DNA of 63,065 nucleotides from Candidatus Pacebacteria bacterium CG_4_9_14_0_2_um_filter_40_15 (GCA_002788675.1 PFRS01000002.1:1-63065); one strand, 5' to 3'. Numbered from the stretch's first letter, positions 9,100 to 18,919 are shown. The notes: generated by a model from the sequence alone, not told the origin. Numbers and translations: made by a program.

Positions 9100-10870
9100 A
9101 TTCTACTATCTGTGGTCCTGCAGTCCCTTGAACTGTGGTTGCTTCAAACGTACTCGTTCCATTTGAGAAGGTAAACACTGGCTGAATTGCAACCGTTTTT
9201 GGTAGCGCAATTGCTTTTTGATATGCTGTAACGGTACTATTTTTTCGCTCGTAAGGTAGAAGCACTGGTAACGAGTCGATAGCTGATGAAATAGTTACGT
9301 CAGCATCATCAGAAGTAAGTTTGAGTGATACATTATACCAGGCTTGACCAGTCTTGTTTATGATGTGAGCAGTCATGATACCTGGCAGAGGGATACCAAA
9401 TACTCTTTTAGGCTCAAGTGTTACTTCAACAGCTGGTTGAATTTCAGGGAAATCTGTTGCAAATGTCACCTCTACATCCTGAGCATTTTCGTTTCCTGTG
9501 GCTTTATAACTCCCTGCTGGGTATGGTGTTGAGCTCGACTCTCCATTAATAGCAAAAACAATATGGTTTAAGTCAAAGAGTGTAAAATAATCAATTCCTC
9601 GGGTGGTATTTCCCCAAGTTGGGTCAACCGGTATCCAAAGCTGCTTTTGATCATTCCAGTATTCAGGCCATGCATGCAGCAAATCACCTTGAAAACTGGA
9701 TGGTCTGAGAGAACTATTTTCAGCATAGCCATATCCAACATTTCTACGTGCCGGTATTCCTGCTGCTCGGGCGACTGTGATAAATGTGTCGCTGAATTCT
9801 TGGCACACAGCAGCTGTAGGATTTTCAAATGCTTTTACCGCTCCCATGCGAGCACTGCCTGCACTTAAATCCCCTTTGCTGTAACTAAGTGTTTCAACAA
9901 TGTAGTCGTATATATCTTGAGGTGTTTTATATTTTCTAACCAGATCCTGAATGACGGGGGCATCAGTGTTCCAATACTCAGCTTTATCTTTCATTTTTTT
10001 TGTGGGAACGGGTACTGGAACAGAAGTATTTGGATCGATAGAAACACGAGCCAGAGCTGATACGTACACATTTGTAGCTGACGTTGGGGAAATTTGGTAG
10101 GTTGCAATCCAGTTCCCATCAGCATCTACTTTTAAATCTTCGGGATAGGGATCAATATCACGAATATGGATTTTTTGGAAAGCTGTGTCGGGAGGCAACG
10201 CAATTTGGGCAAGCGCTGTACCACTTGTCGAGTTTTCTAATTGATAGCGAAGTGTCAATGAATATATCTGACTATTTCCAAAGAGCGCAGTGATAGCTGA
10301 ATCCTTATGATCTTCAAAGGTAAGTACAAAGGCATTGTCTTTTGTTTCAACTATTTTTGGTTCAGGGCTGACTCTGGAAGGGTAGCCAAATTTTTCAGGA
10401 ACAGAGATGATCGATTTGTGTGAGCTGTAGGCGGCTGCTTCAGGTGATTGCGGAACATGCATTTCAAGTACAGCACCAGCTAAAGTCGAGAGATTTGTGT
10501 TAACGTACTCGATCGAGAAAGTTCTGGTTTTCCCCTCACCCACGACCTCATCAGGAAAATCAATGGCGATGCTCGTGCCGTCACCATCTTGCACAACATT
10601 GGGAATAAGTATGTCGTTATTATAGCGAACAATGACGTTTTTGAGTTCGGGGTAACTGGTTTTCAGAGCATACTGTGTGAGAAAAATTGTGGGCTCTTTG
10701 TTGGTAATTTCAAACTTGTGTGAAACTTTTGTCACTCCTACAGCATCAACGGTGTATGTGGAGGTCAGACGAGTATCAAAATTTTCATTCGCAAATACTT
10801 TTGTAGCACTTACAGCTAAAAAGCAGAAAAGCACCGCAAAGCTAAGAGTGATTTTTTGAAATATCTTCAT
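9002..10870 (-). CDS. membrane-anchored transglutaminase-like cysteine protease/crosslinking enzyme
   Basis: Signal peptide from the ATG at 10870 (MKIFQKITLSFAVLFCFLAVSA). Core motifs CQEF, LLHAWPEYW and IPVDPTWG give an intact Cys-His-Asp triad. C-terminal TM helix. Confidence 0.8.
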   Translation of the reverse strand: MKIFQKITLSFAVLFCFLAVSATKVFANENFDTRLTSTYTVDAVGVTKVSHKFEITNKEPTIFLTQYALKTSYPELKNVIVRYNNDILIPNVVQDGDGTSIAIDFPDEVVGEGKTRTFSIEYVNTNLSTLAGAVLEMHVPQSPEAAAYSSHKSIISVPEKFGYPSRVSPEPKIVETKDNAFVLTFEDHKDSAITALFGNSQIYSLTLRYQLENSTSGTALAQIALPPDTAFQKIHIRDIDPYPEDLKVDADGNWIATYQISPTSATNVYVSALARVSIDPNTSVPVPVPTKKMKDKAEYWNTDAPVIQDLVRKYKTPQDIYDYIVETLSYSKGDLSAGSARMGAVKAFENPTAAVCQEFSDTFITVARAAGIPARRNVGYGYAENSSLRPSSFQGDLLHAWPEYWNDQKQLWIPVDPTWGNTTRGIDYFTLFDLNHIVFAINGESSSTPYPAGSYKATGNENAQDVEVTFATDFPEIQPAVEVTLEPKRVFGIPLPGIMTAHIINKTGQAWYNVSLKLTSDDADVTISSAIDSLPVLLPYERKNSTVTAYQKAIALPKTVAIQPVFTFSNGTSTFEATTVQGTAGPQIVEYVTDQTIIIALAGSSVILALIAGSILVFRQRR

Positions 10871-10931
10871 AGTATCTACAGGATGTATATATACCCTATT
10901 GTAGCGCATTCTCTCTATGAATGTGTTGGGG

Positions 10932-13904
10932 TTATTTCATTGCTTCAAACTCTGTAACCAGGTATGAACCGGTTGCAGAATTTGGGTTTTCAGCCAGATC
11001 TCTTGGTGTGCCTGTGGCTATGATTTCGCCTCCGTATGCACCCCCTTCTGGTCCTAAATCGATTACCCAGTCAGCATTTTTGATGACATCAAGATTATGC
11101 TCTATAGTGATGACTGTATTATTTTGTTCAACGAGTTTGTCGAGAACTTCAAGAAGTTTCTGTGTATCTTCAAAGTGTAATCCAGTAGTTGGTTCGTCCA
11201 GTAAGTACACTACATGATCGTATGTTTTTGTGGAAAGTTCTTTGGCAAGTTTTACTCTTTGCGCTTCCCCTCCACTTAGGGTGGGTGCTGGCTGGCCGAG
11301 TTCAATGTAGCCAAGTCCAACTGCTTGAAGCGTTTTAAGTTTTTTCCGTACAGTGCCATGTGAAGCAAAGAAGTCTACGCCATCATCAACACTCATGTGT
11401 AATACTTCACTAATATTTTTATCTTTATACTTAATTTCTAAAGTATCTTCGTTATATCGTGAACCATGACAGACATCACAAGTAACATACACATCTGGTA
11501 AAAACTGCATTTCAATCTTAATTTGGCCATCTCCAGAACAGGCTTCACAACGACCACCCTTTACGTTAAAGCTGAATCTACCTGGATCAAAACCATGCAT
11601 CTGAGCATCTTTTGTATTTGCAAAAACTTTGCGAATGTAGTCGAAAATCTTTGTATACGTTGCTGGATTTGAACGAGGTGTTTTCCCAATAGGACTTTGA
11701 TCAATCATGGTTACGCGTTTAACGATATCTGGAATAGTAATATTTTCAATTTTTCCTGGTAGTCCATCGGTTGTTTTACCAAGATGTTTGCGAAGGTGCT
11801 GATACAGTGTGTCGTGCAGAAGCGTTGATTTTCCTGAACCAGAAATACCAGAAATACACACAAATTTTCCCAGTGGAAATTCAACGTCAACATTCTTTAA
11901 GTTATGATGTGAAGCTCCCGTAATGCGGATACTTCTACCTTCACTTCTGGGAATAGCATCGTCTGAAACGAGTATGCGCTCCTCATTTTTTTTGTTTTTG
12001 AGACTTTTTCGTATCACGTCTTTTTTACGAGCAAGGTACTTTCCGGTTAATGAGTTTTTATTTTCAAGTATTTCTTGAGGTGTGCCTTCGGCAACCACTT
12101 CACCACCGAGAATTCCAGCTTTTGGACCAAAGTCAAAAATATAGTCTGCAGCAAGCATGATGTCTCGATCATGTTCAACAACAATAACAGTGTTACCTTT
12201 TTCTTGTAAGTTTTTGAGTGTTTCGATCAGCCGATGGTTATCACGCTGGTGGAGTCCAATGGTTGGTTCGTCTAAGATATAAAGCACGCCAGTCAAGCCG
12301 GTACCAATTTGTGAAGCTAATCTAATACGTTGTGCCTCTCCTCCTGCTAATGTTGATGCTTCGCGGTTTAGACTCAAGTAATTAAGGCCGACTGAAGTCA
12401 AAAAATGGAGTCGTGCACTAATTTCCTTGATGATTGATTCAGCAATATGGCTTTCCTTCTTATTTAAGATTTCATTTTCTTTAAGTGAATTAGTCCATGT
12501 TAAACATTTATCAATTGGAAGAGACGTGATTTCTGAGATATTTTTCCCAGCAATGTGCACGCTTGTGGCTTCCTCTTTAAGTCGTGTGCCATTACAGAGC
12601 GCACATGTTTGTTTGAGCATGTAGGCTTGGATTTCTTTGCGAATATAGTCGCTGTCGGTTTCTTGATATCTGCGCTCTAAATTTGTGATGAATCCTTCGA
12701 ATTGTTCATGAATAACTGTTTGTCTACCAAAGCGATTTTCACCTTCGACCTTATAAATTTTGTCACTGCCATTTAGGAGTATGTTTTGGAATTCTTCTGG
12801 AAACTCATCCCATGGAGTTTTTCTAAAGTCATACCCAGCTTCTTCAACAACTGTGGTGACAAGTCGTGCCCACCAGGTATCATTACTGAGCATACGTGCA
12901 AAGGGAATAATAGCGCCTTCGCTAAGCGTGAGACTCGATGCAATTATTTTTTCTTGATTTATTTTAAGCAGTGTACCCAGTCCATTACATTCAGGACAGG
13001 CACCTTGAGGTGAGTTGAACGAAAAGAGTCGAGGTTCAAGTTCTGAAACAGATATGCCGCAGTCACTACAAGCTCTTTTTTCACTAAACAGCGTGTCACG
13101 AAATGCTTTTGGTTTTTCTGGAAAATTGAGTGAGGCATCATCAACCAAACTAAATACAACAAGACCGTCAGCTAATTTAAGTGAGTCTTCAATGTTTACT
13201 GCAATTCGATGGCGGAGGTTTTTACGAGATTCATCATCTTTGAGTTGCTGTTTACTAATAACTCCTCTATCAATGACGACTTCAATGCTATGTTTATTAT
13301 TTTTAAGTAAGTTTAAGTCTTCATCTAGATCGTACATTTGTCCATCGATGCGAATACGACGATATCCTTTTTGTTGCAGAGTCTCAAATAGACCTGAGAA
13401 TTCTCCTTTTTTGTCTCTAACCACAGGTGAGAGAACCATGAAGCGTGTTGGTTGAGCGCTACTCTCTCGTTCAAAAATATCAAAGATATGTGAAACAATT
13501 TGGTCAATACTTTGTGAAGCTACTTCTTTACCACAATTTGGGCAGTGTGGATGTCCGACGCGTGCAAAAAGTAAACGAAGGTAATCATAAATTTCAGTAA
13601 TGGTTCCAACTGTCGAACGAGGATTATGCGAGGTTGTTTTTTGATCGATTGAAATGGCAGGAGAAAGACCTTCAATGTGGTCAACATCTGGCTTCTGCAT
13701 TACACCTAAGAATTGACGCGCATATGAGCTTAAACTCTCGACATAGCGACGTTGTCCCTCGGCATACAAGGTATCGAATGCGAGAGAACTTTTTCCACTA
13801 CCAGAAAGTCCGGTAAAGACTACAAGTTTATTTTTAGGAATAGTTAAATCAATGTTTTTGAGGTTGTGTTCGCGCGCGCCTGTGATGGTAATATATTGTT
13901 CCAT
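10932..13904 (-). CDS. uvrA: excinuclease ABC subunit A
   Basis: Two ABC ATPase modules ([18 protein letters not shown]), zinc-finger Cys clusters, LSGGE signatures. The ATG at 13904 ([17 protein letters not shown]) is the likely start. Confidence 0.95.
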   Translation of the reverse strand: MEQYITITGAREHNLKNIDLTIPKNKLVVFTGLSGSGKSSLAFDTLYAEGQRRYVESLSSYARQFLGVMQKPDVDHIEGLSPAISIDQKTTSHNPRSTVGTITEIYDYLRLLFARVGHPHCPNCGKEVASQSIDQIVSHIFDIFERESSAQPTRFMVLSPVVRDKKGEFSGLFETLQQKGYRRIRIDGQMYDLDEDLNLLKNNKHSIEVVIDRGVISKQQLKDDESRKNLRHRIAVNIEDSLKLADGLVVFSLVDDASLNFPEKPKAFRDTLFSEKRACSDCGISVSELEPRLFSFNSPQGACPECNGLGTLLKINQEKIIASSLTLSEGAIIPFARMLSNDTWWARLVTTVVEEAGYDFRKTPWDEFPEEFQNILLNGSDKIYKVEGENRFGRQTVIHEQFEGFITNLERRYQETDSDYIRKEIQAYMLKQTCALCNGTRLKEEATSVHIAGKNISEITSLPIDKCLTWTNSLKENEILNKKESHIAESIIKEISARLHFLTSVGLNYLSLNREASTLAGGEAQRIRLASQIGTGLTGVLYILDEPTIGLHQRDNHRLIETLKNLQEKGNTVIVVEHDRDIMLAADYIFDFGPKAGILGGEVVAEGTPQEILENKNSLTGKYLARKKDVIRKSLKNKKNEERILVSDDAIPRSEGRSIRITGASHHNLKNVDVEFPLGKFVCISGISGSGKSTLLHDTLYQHLRKHLGKTTDGLPGKIENITIPDIVKRVTMIDQSPIGKTPRSNPATYTKIFDYIRKVFANTKDAQMHGFDPGRFSFNVKGGRCEACSGDGQIKIEMQFLPDVYVTCDVCHGSRYNEDTLEIKYKDKNISEVLHMSVDDGVDFFASHGTVRKKLKTLQAVGLGYIELGQPAPTLSGGEAQRVKLAKELSTKTYDHVVYLLDEPTTGLHFEDTQKLLEVLDKLVEQNNTVITIEHNLDVIKNADWVIDLGPEGGAYGGEIIATGTPRDLAENPNSATGSYLVTEFEAMK

Positions 13905-13920
13905 AGGAATTTTCACTTTT

Positions 13921-13947
13921 TTTTCGGAAATGCTATTATACCGAAAA
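13921..13947. promoter_or_regulatory. 27-bp palindromic element overlapping a TATAAT -10 box upstream of uvrA (candidate operator)
   Basis: Plus strand reads TTTTCGG-aaatgctattata-CCGAAAA. On the uvrA strand the spacer contains TATAAT. The element lies 17 nt upstream of the uvrA ATG. Confidence 0.45.
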
Positions 13948-14031
13948 TAACAGGAAATGAGTAGTGTTGGTATACCTTTAAGTAATATCTAGTAGCTTGA
14001 AACTTTTCTTAATATATGAGATATATAAAAT

Positions 14032-14481
14032 ATGTTAGAAAACCAACCAAAACAAACAGGAATGCTTGCTAAATGGCATGAGATCACTTCTAAGCAAGTG
14101 GATGGCAGTAATAATGATGCAACCCAGCCAGAAGAGTACACGGGAATGTTGTCACACATAAATGACGTACTCGCTCCTGAAGTTCAAGAAGTCCTAGAAA
14201 AATATTTTAACGATGCAGCATTAAAAGCATCATTTGGTGTAGGTCTTGCAGAACAGTCTAAAGCAATCACTGGTACTGAACCTAGAGAAGTACTGGCATC
14301 CTTGCTTGATACAATGACAGCAGTTGGGATGGATTTAAATAATCTTGAACATCGGCTTTTTGCATTGCAGTATATAAAAACAAAAGTTGATATGACTATT
14401 TGGACTCGTTTTGTTGCAAATGCCCTAGCAAGTCTTAATGAGCAGCGTATGCGAGCAAATATAGGTTTAGACAAGAAATAA
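14032..14481 (+). CDS. hypothetical protein (149 aa)
   Basis: Clean ORF between uvrA and uvrB. No family recognised. Confidence 0.5.
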   Translation: MLENQPKQTGMLAKWHEITSKQVDGSNNDATQPEEYTGMLSHINDVLAPEVQEVLEKYFNDAALKASFGVGLAEQSKAITGTEPREVLASLLDTMTAVGMDLNNLEHRLFALQYIKTKVDMTIWTRFVANALASLNEQRMRANIGLDKK

Positions 14482-14483
14482 AA

Positions 14484-16751
14484 TTAACTTAATTCCTTAA
14501 TCACATCTCTCAAAATAGCTGCCAGTTCGAAGTCCATATCCTTGGCTGCCTGATTCATTCGTCGTTTAAGTTTGGCAGAAACAGAACGTTTGTCATACGG
14601 CGTCATATCTGCAGGATTAATTTTAGCAATATCGATTTGTTCATTTTTATTTAGGTCGACAATTACGTGACCTGCTTTTTTTTGCTCTTCAGCCTCTTTT
14701 TTCTTTTCTTCTTTTTTCTTGAGCACTCTTTTTCTAATTGGTTTAGAAATTGTCTCAGCAGTAATGCCATGTTTTTTGTTGTACTCTACCTGAATAGTTC
14801 TACGGCGTAGTGTTTCTTGAATTGCTGCAGTCATAGATTTAGTTAAGCGATCGGCATAGAGAATGGCATGGCCTTCCACATGGCGTGCTGCTCTTCCTAT
14901 AGTTTGAATCAATGCTGTACGAGAACGCAAAAAGCCTTCCTTATCGGCATCTAGAATTGCAACAAGGGTAACCTCAGGTAAATCAAGACCTTCACGGAGT
15001 AAGTTAATACCAACAACAACGTCATACACGCCCCGGCGGAGGTCATCCAAAATATCTGATCTTTCAAGTGTTTCGATGTCGGAGTGGAGGTAAGCTACTT
15101 TGGGGTACTCGTATTCTTCTGAAATGGTGTGGCTTGTATTTAAGTGATTGTAGTATTTAGGGTCAATGGGTCCAATTTCCATTTGATCGATTGGTAGTTC
15201 AGAGTCATTCCAGATAATGCGTTCACTGTCGATGTGGTCCGAGGTCTGTTTTGCTCGCCAGCTTTCCACCAGATCATCAATTTTTTTCGTGTCATTCAAA
15301 AATTCGGTCAATGCTTCTGCCATTTTTTTGGTTAGTGTCGTAACAAGTGTCCTCTGCCCTAGTTGTTTACGAGCAATAATTTCAATGACTAGGTTTTCAA
15401 TTTGGTCATCGATTGGTCGCAGTTCAATATTTGGGTCGACAAGACCTGTTGGGCGGATAAGTTGTTCGACAGGATCACCTGATAGTGACAATTCGAGCGT
15501 TTCAGGTGTTGCGGAGACGTAGACCATTTTGTCGGTTCGCTCAGCAAATTCTTCAAACTTAAGTGGTCGATTATCGAGTGCACTAGGAAGTCTAAAGCCA
15601 TACTCAATCAAATTTTGTTTACGAGCTTGGTCCCCATTATGCATGCCACGTACTTGAGGAAGCGAGATATGACTCTCATCAACAATAGTTAAAAAACTGC
15701 CATCACCGTAGAGTTTTGCATTCTCTATGAAGTAATCAATTAAGGTAAATGGTGCTTGTCCTGGCTCTCGGCCGTCAAAGTACCGTGAGTAGTTTTCAAT
15801 GCCATTGACAAAGCCAAACTCGCGAATCATGTCTAAGTCGTAATTTACTTTTTGTTCTAGGCGATGTGCTTCAATTATTTTTTCTTGTAGTCGCAGGTCG
15901 TGGAGCCGTAGAGCAAGGTCTCTTTCAATTTCTTTAACACCTTCAATTTGAGATTGTTTATTGATCATGTAGTGTTTTGCAGGAAAAATTATGAACTCAT
16001 TTTCGGCTGCATGTGTTTGGCCAGCTGCCATATTTGATGGCACCACACTTGTGCCACTAATGGGATCAATCCAGGTGATATTTTCGATTGTGTCTTCAAA
16101 CATATCAATGCGCAGGCCTTTATCTTCGTTGGCAGGCCAGACTTGAATGCTATCGCCGCGTACTCTAAAACTTCCACGATTAAAATCTGTTGTGCTGCGA
16201 TCATACTGTAAATTAGTGAGTTGCAAGAGCAATGTTTCTCTAGAAATCACTTCTCCAATGGCAATGCGGAGCATGGATTTACCATACTCAACTGGAGAAC
16301 CTAAGTTATAGATACAGGACACAGATGCAATAACGATTGAGTCGGGCCGTGTTAACAAATTTGTAGTTGAAGCAAGACGAAGTTTATCAATTTCGTCATT
16401 TATGGTTGCTTCTTTTTCGATATAGGTATCAGTTGTTGGGATGTAGGCCTCTGGCTGATAGTAATCATAAAAAGAGACAAAGTAACTCACGGCATTTTCT
16501 GGAAAGAAGTCTCTGAATTCTTGGTATAGCTGGGCAGCAAGTGTTTTGTTATGAGCTAGGATAAGGGTTGGTTTCTGAACTCTCTCAATTACATTTGCCA
16601 TAGTAAAGGTTTTACCAGACCCAGTTACACCCAAAAGCGTTTGGTGCTGTTTGCCTTTTTCCAGGCCTTCAACAAGCGCTTCAATAGCCGCTGGTTGATC
16701 TCCTGTTGGTTGAAATGGTGAGCGCAGTTTAAACTGCAAAGATTTTGACAC
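14484..16751 (-). CDS. uvrB: excinuclease ABC subunit B
   Basis: PTGDQPAAIEAL, Walker A GVTGSGKTF, DESH box, helicase C motifs, C-terminal UVR domain. The GTG at 16751 (VSKSLQFKL) is preferred; the upstream 23 codons of the track ORF look like AT-rich read-through. Confidence 0.92.
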   Translation of the reverse strand: MSKSLQFKLRSPFQPTGDQPAAIEALVEGLEKGKQHQTLLGVTGSGKTFTMANVIERVQKPTLILAHNKTLAAQLYQEFRDFFPENAVSYFVSFYDYYQPEAYIPTTDTYIEKEATINDEIDKLRLASTTNLLTRPDSIVIASVSCIYNLGSPVEYGKSMLRIAIGEVISRETLLLQLTNLQYDRSTTDFNRGSFRVRGDSIQVWPANEDKGLRIDMFEDTIENITWIDPISGTSVVPSNMAAGQTHAAENEFIIFPAKHYMINKQSQIEGVKEIERDLALRLHDLRLQEKIIEAHRLEQKVNYDLDMIREFGFVNGIENYSRYFDGREPGQAPFTLIDYFIENAKLYGDGSFLTIVDESHISLPQVRGMHNGDQARKQNLIEYGFRLPSALDNRPLKFEEFAERTDKMVYVSATPETLELSLSGDPVEQLIRPTGLVDPNIELRPIDDQIENLVIEIIARKQLGQRTLVTTLTKKMAEALTEFLNDTKKIDDLVESWRAKQTSDHIDSERIIWNDSELPIDQMEIGPIDPKYYNHLNTSHTISEEYEYPKVAYLHSDIETLERSDILDDLRRGVYDVVVGINLLREGLDLPEVTLVAILDADKEGFLRSRTALIQTIGRAARHVEGHAILYADRLTKSMTAAIQETLRRRTIQVEYNKKHGITAETISKPIRKRVLKKKEEKKKEAEEQKKAGHVIVDLNKNEQIDIAKINPADMTPYDKRSVSAKLKRRMNQAAKDMDFELAAILRDVIKELS

Positions 16752-16809
16752 GCACGTATTATAGCTTGAAACTGGTATAATTGCGAAAAAGATATACAAG
16801 AAATCAAAA

Positions 16810-17562
16810 ATGAAAGTCACTGCAATTAAAACCCCTACCCTCTATGCCGGAGATAACCTTTTAGGTGTGTTAGCTACCTCTATTGACACTATTCCTGAAA
16901 AAAGTGTTTTGGTAGTTACTTCAAAAGTAGTTGCTTTGTGGGAAAATGCTGTAGTAGATATTCCCCGTACCAAAGAAAATAAACTTGCGTTAGTTAGAGC
17001 TGAGTCAGAACGCTACACCGATCCAGATTCATCTCAATATGAATTGTCATTGAGTATTCGTGACGGTGTTATTGGGGTAAATGCAGGTATTGATGAGTCA
17101 AATGTCGAAGAAGGCTTTGTGTTGTTACCGAAAGATTCGTATCAGTCAGCAAAAAATATTTGGCAGTTTGTGCGTGATGAGTATGGGGTAAAAGACGTTG
17201 GTGTGATCATTACTGATAGTGTATCAATGCCACTTAAATGGGGTGTTTTGGGTCGATGCATAGGCCATTGTGGCTTCGATGCAGTAAAGAGCCGAATTGG
17301 TGAAAGTGACTTGTTTGGTCGTGAAATGATGATGTGTACTGTTGCTGTTGCAGAGGCACTAGCTTCAGCAGCTGTTTTCGAGATGGGTGAAGTAGCTGAG
17401 TCCACTCCCCTAGCATTAGTCACAGATATTCCACATATTACGTTTAAAGATTCACCGCCGACAGCAGAAGAAATTGCTTCTATTTTTATTGCACCAGAAG
17501 ATGATGTATTTGCTCCGATGATTACTAAAGCCCTTTGGAAAAAAGGAGAAAGAACACAGTAA
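16810..17562 (+). CDS. CofE-like gamma-glutamyl ligase family protein (F420-0:L-glutamate ligase fold)
   Basis: VVTSKVVALWEN and NAGIDESN motifs typical of PF01996. Confidence 0.6.
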   Translation: MKVTAIKTPTLYAGDNLLGVLATSIDTIPEKSVLVVTSKVVALWENAVVDIPRTKENKLALVRAESERYTDPDSSQYELSLSIRDGVIGVNAGIDESNVEEGFVLLPKDSYQSAKNIWQFVRDEYGVKDVGVIITDSVSMPLKWGVLGRCIGHCGFDAVKSRIGESDLFGREMMMCTVAVAEALASAAVFEMGEVAESTPLALVTDIPHITFKDSPPTAEEIASIFIAPEDDVFAPMITKALWKKGERTQ

Positions 17563-17563
17563 T

Positions 17564-18130
17564 ATGTCAAAAGCTAAATCGGTTATAAACGTTTCAACTA
17601 AGGCAGGAGATACGGGAGAATCTGGGTTAATTGATGGAGTTCGCTTACCAAAGTCCAGTCAAATTTTTGCGGTTTTAGGTGATATTGATGAATTAAATAC
17701 CTGGATTGGGTATTCGTTAGTCATGCTTTCTCAAAAGCTACCTGAACAAAGTGCAGCACTTCGTCATGCGCAAAAGAACCTCTATTTGCTTTCTGCACTC
17801 ATTGCAAAAGCAGACGCCAAAAAAGTTTCTGTAGCAGAAGAAGAATTAGCTACATTAGAAAAAAATTCACTCTATCTGCAAAAATCAATGCAACAAGATT
17901 GGACTCGATCATTCCTCTATCCAGGTGGAACTGAAACTGCAGCTCGAATAGATGTAACCCGCGCGGTATGTCGTCGCGCTGAACGATCACTTGTTGCGTT
18001 GAGTCAACAACAACAGGTATCCGATATTGCTTTGCGATACTTAAACCGCCTATCAGATTACCTGTATGTTTTGCGTTGTTTTGTGAACTTCAAAGAAGGA
18101 TATCAAGAAGCTCAGTTTGATACTAAATAA
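17564..18130 (+). CDS. PduO-type ATP:cob(I)alamin adenosyltransferase family protein
   Basis: GDTGESGLIDG ... VLGDIDELNTWIG ... RAVCRRAER motifs. Separated from the upstream stop by 1 nt. Confidence 0.7.
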   Translation: MSKAKSVINVSTKAGDTGESGLIDGVRLPKSSQIFAVLGDIDELNTWIGYSLVMLSQKLPEQSAALRHAQKNLYLLSALIAKADAKKVSVAEEELATLEKNSLYLQKSMQQDWTRSFLYPGGTETAARIDVTRAVCRRAERSLVALSQQQQVSDIALRYLNRLSDYLYVLRCFVNFKEGYQEAQFDTK

Positions 18131-18133
18131 TTC

Positions 18134-18754
18134 TTAGTATCTAAATTTTCGAATTAAACCTACAACCCGACCTTGAATTTGAACGTTAGTTGCATAGATA
18201 GGGCTCATGGATGAGTTTGCTGGCTCTAAACGTACACGAGTGACTTCTTTGTAGTAGCGTTTAAGAGTTGCGAGTCCATTATCGAGTAAAGCAACAACGA
18301 TATCGCCATCGTTTACCTCGTTAGTTTCTTCTACAACTACATAATCATCTTCTTGAATGTGGTCCTCAATCATTGAGGTTCCTTTCACTTGAAGAACATA
18401 TGATCGCTTTTTACCACTAATCATTTCAGGTGAAACTTTAAAAGTTGCGCCTTCTTCACTGTAGGGTTCAATTGGAGCACCAGCTTGAATAAATCCCATT
18501 AGAGGCAGGTCAACACTATCAGAAAGCTTAACGTAGGTTCTGTCAATCAGTTCAATACCGCGGACGGCACCTTCATGTTTCTTAATGATTTTTTTACGGT
18601 GCAGTGCTTGCAAATGCTCATGCACAGTTGCCAAAGACGAAACTCCTATAGCTCCGGCAATTTCTTTTAAGGTTGGTGAGTATCCGTGCCGTTGAATATA
18701 TTGTCCAATATAATCTACTATTTGCCGTTGGCGTTTGTAGAGTGTGACTGCCAT
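18134..18754 (-). CDS. lexA: LexA repressor (autocleavage residues intact)
   Basis: Winged-HTH SPTLKEIAGAIGVSSLATVHEHL, cleavage site IQAGAP, Ser in VKGTSM, Lys in ATLKRY. Confidence 0.9.
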   Translation of the reverse strand: MAVTLYKRQRQIVDYIGQYIQRHGYSPTLKEIAGAIGVSSLATVHEHLQALHRKKIIKKHEGAVRGIELIDRTYVKLSDSVDLPLMGFIQAGAPIEPYSEEGATFKVSPEMISGKKRSYVLQVKGTSMIEDHIQEDDYVVVEETNEVNDGDIVVALLDNGLATLKRYYKEVTRVRLEPANSSMSPIYATNVQIQGRVVGLIRKFRY

Positions 18755-18789
18755 AAGTATTCCTTTTGGGGTACGTTGCTTGGGTTATT

Positions 18790-18840
18790 GTTTCGGGCGT
18801 ACCTTACCCGAATTGACAACAGCATAACCGAAACGAAACC
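18790..18840. promoter_or_regulatory. nested inverted repeats in the lexA 5' region (candidate operator or leader structure)
   Basis: GTTTCGG (18790-18796) pairs with CCGAAAC (18828-18834). The inner pair is TTCGGG (18792-18797) and CCCGAA (18807-18812). A tandem CGAAA-CGAAA follows. Confidence 0.35.
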
Positions 18841-18919
18841 GTATCTTCAAGCGGATCTTTAGATAGCAAACTATATCAAAGTATGTTATTTGAACAAAAA
18901 CCGAAGTTTTGGGGCGAAA

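Noticed and set aside
13015-13455. 146-aa ORF antisense to uvrA. Similar long antisense ORFs occur at 44853-45329, 17142-17570, 3267-3593, 23597-23938 and 15217-15522.
   Set aside because: Each is wholly inside a strongly supported conserved gene on the other strand and has a low-complexity Ser/Leu/Phe-rich translation.
16752-16820. ATG-initiated 23-codon extension of uvrB
   Set aside because: The hydrophobic AT-rich sequence has no UvrB homology and overlaps the start and promoter of the divergent gene. The GTG at 16751 matches conserved N-termini.
18755-18919. Canonical SOS boxes (CTGT-N8-ACAG; CGAAC-N4-GTTCG) upstream of lexA, uvrA and uvrB
   Set aside because: None is present. The single GAAC upstream of lexA (around 18892) has no GTTC partner at the correct spacing.
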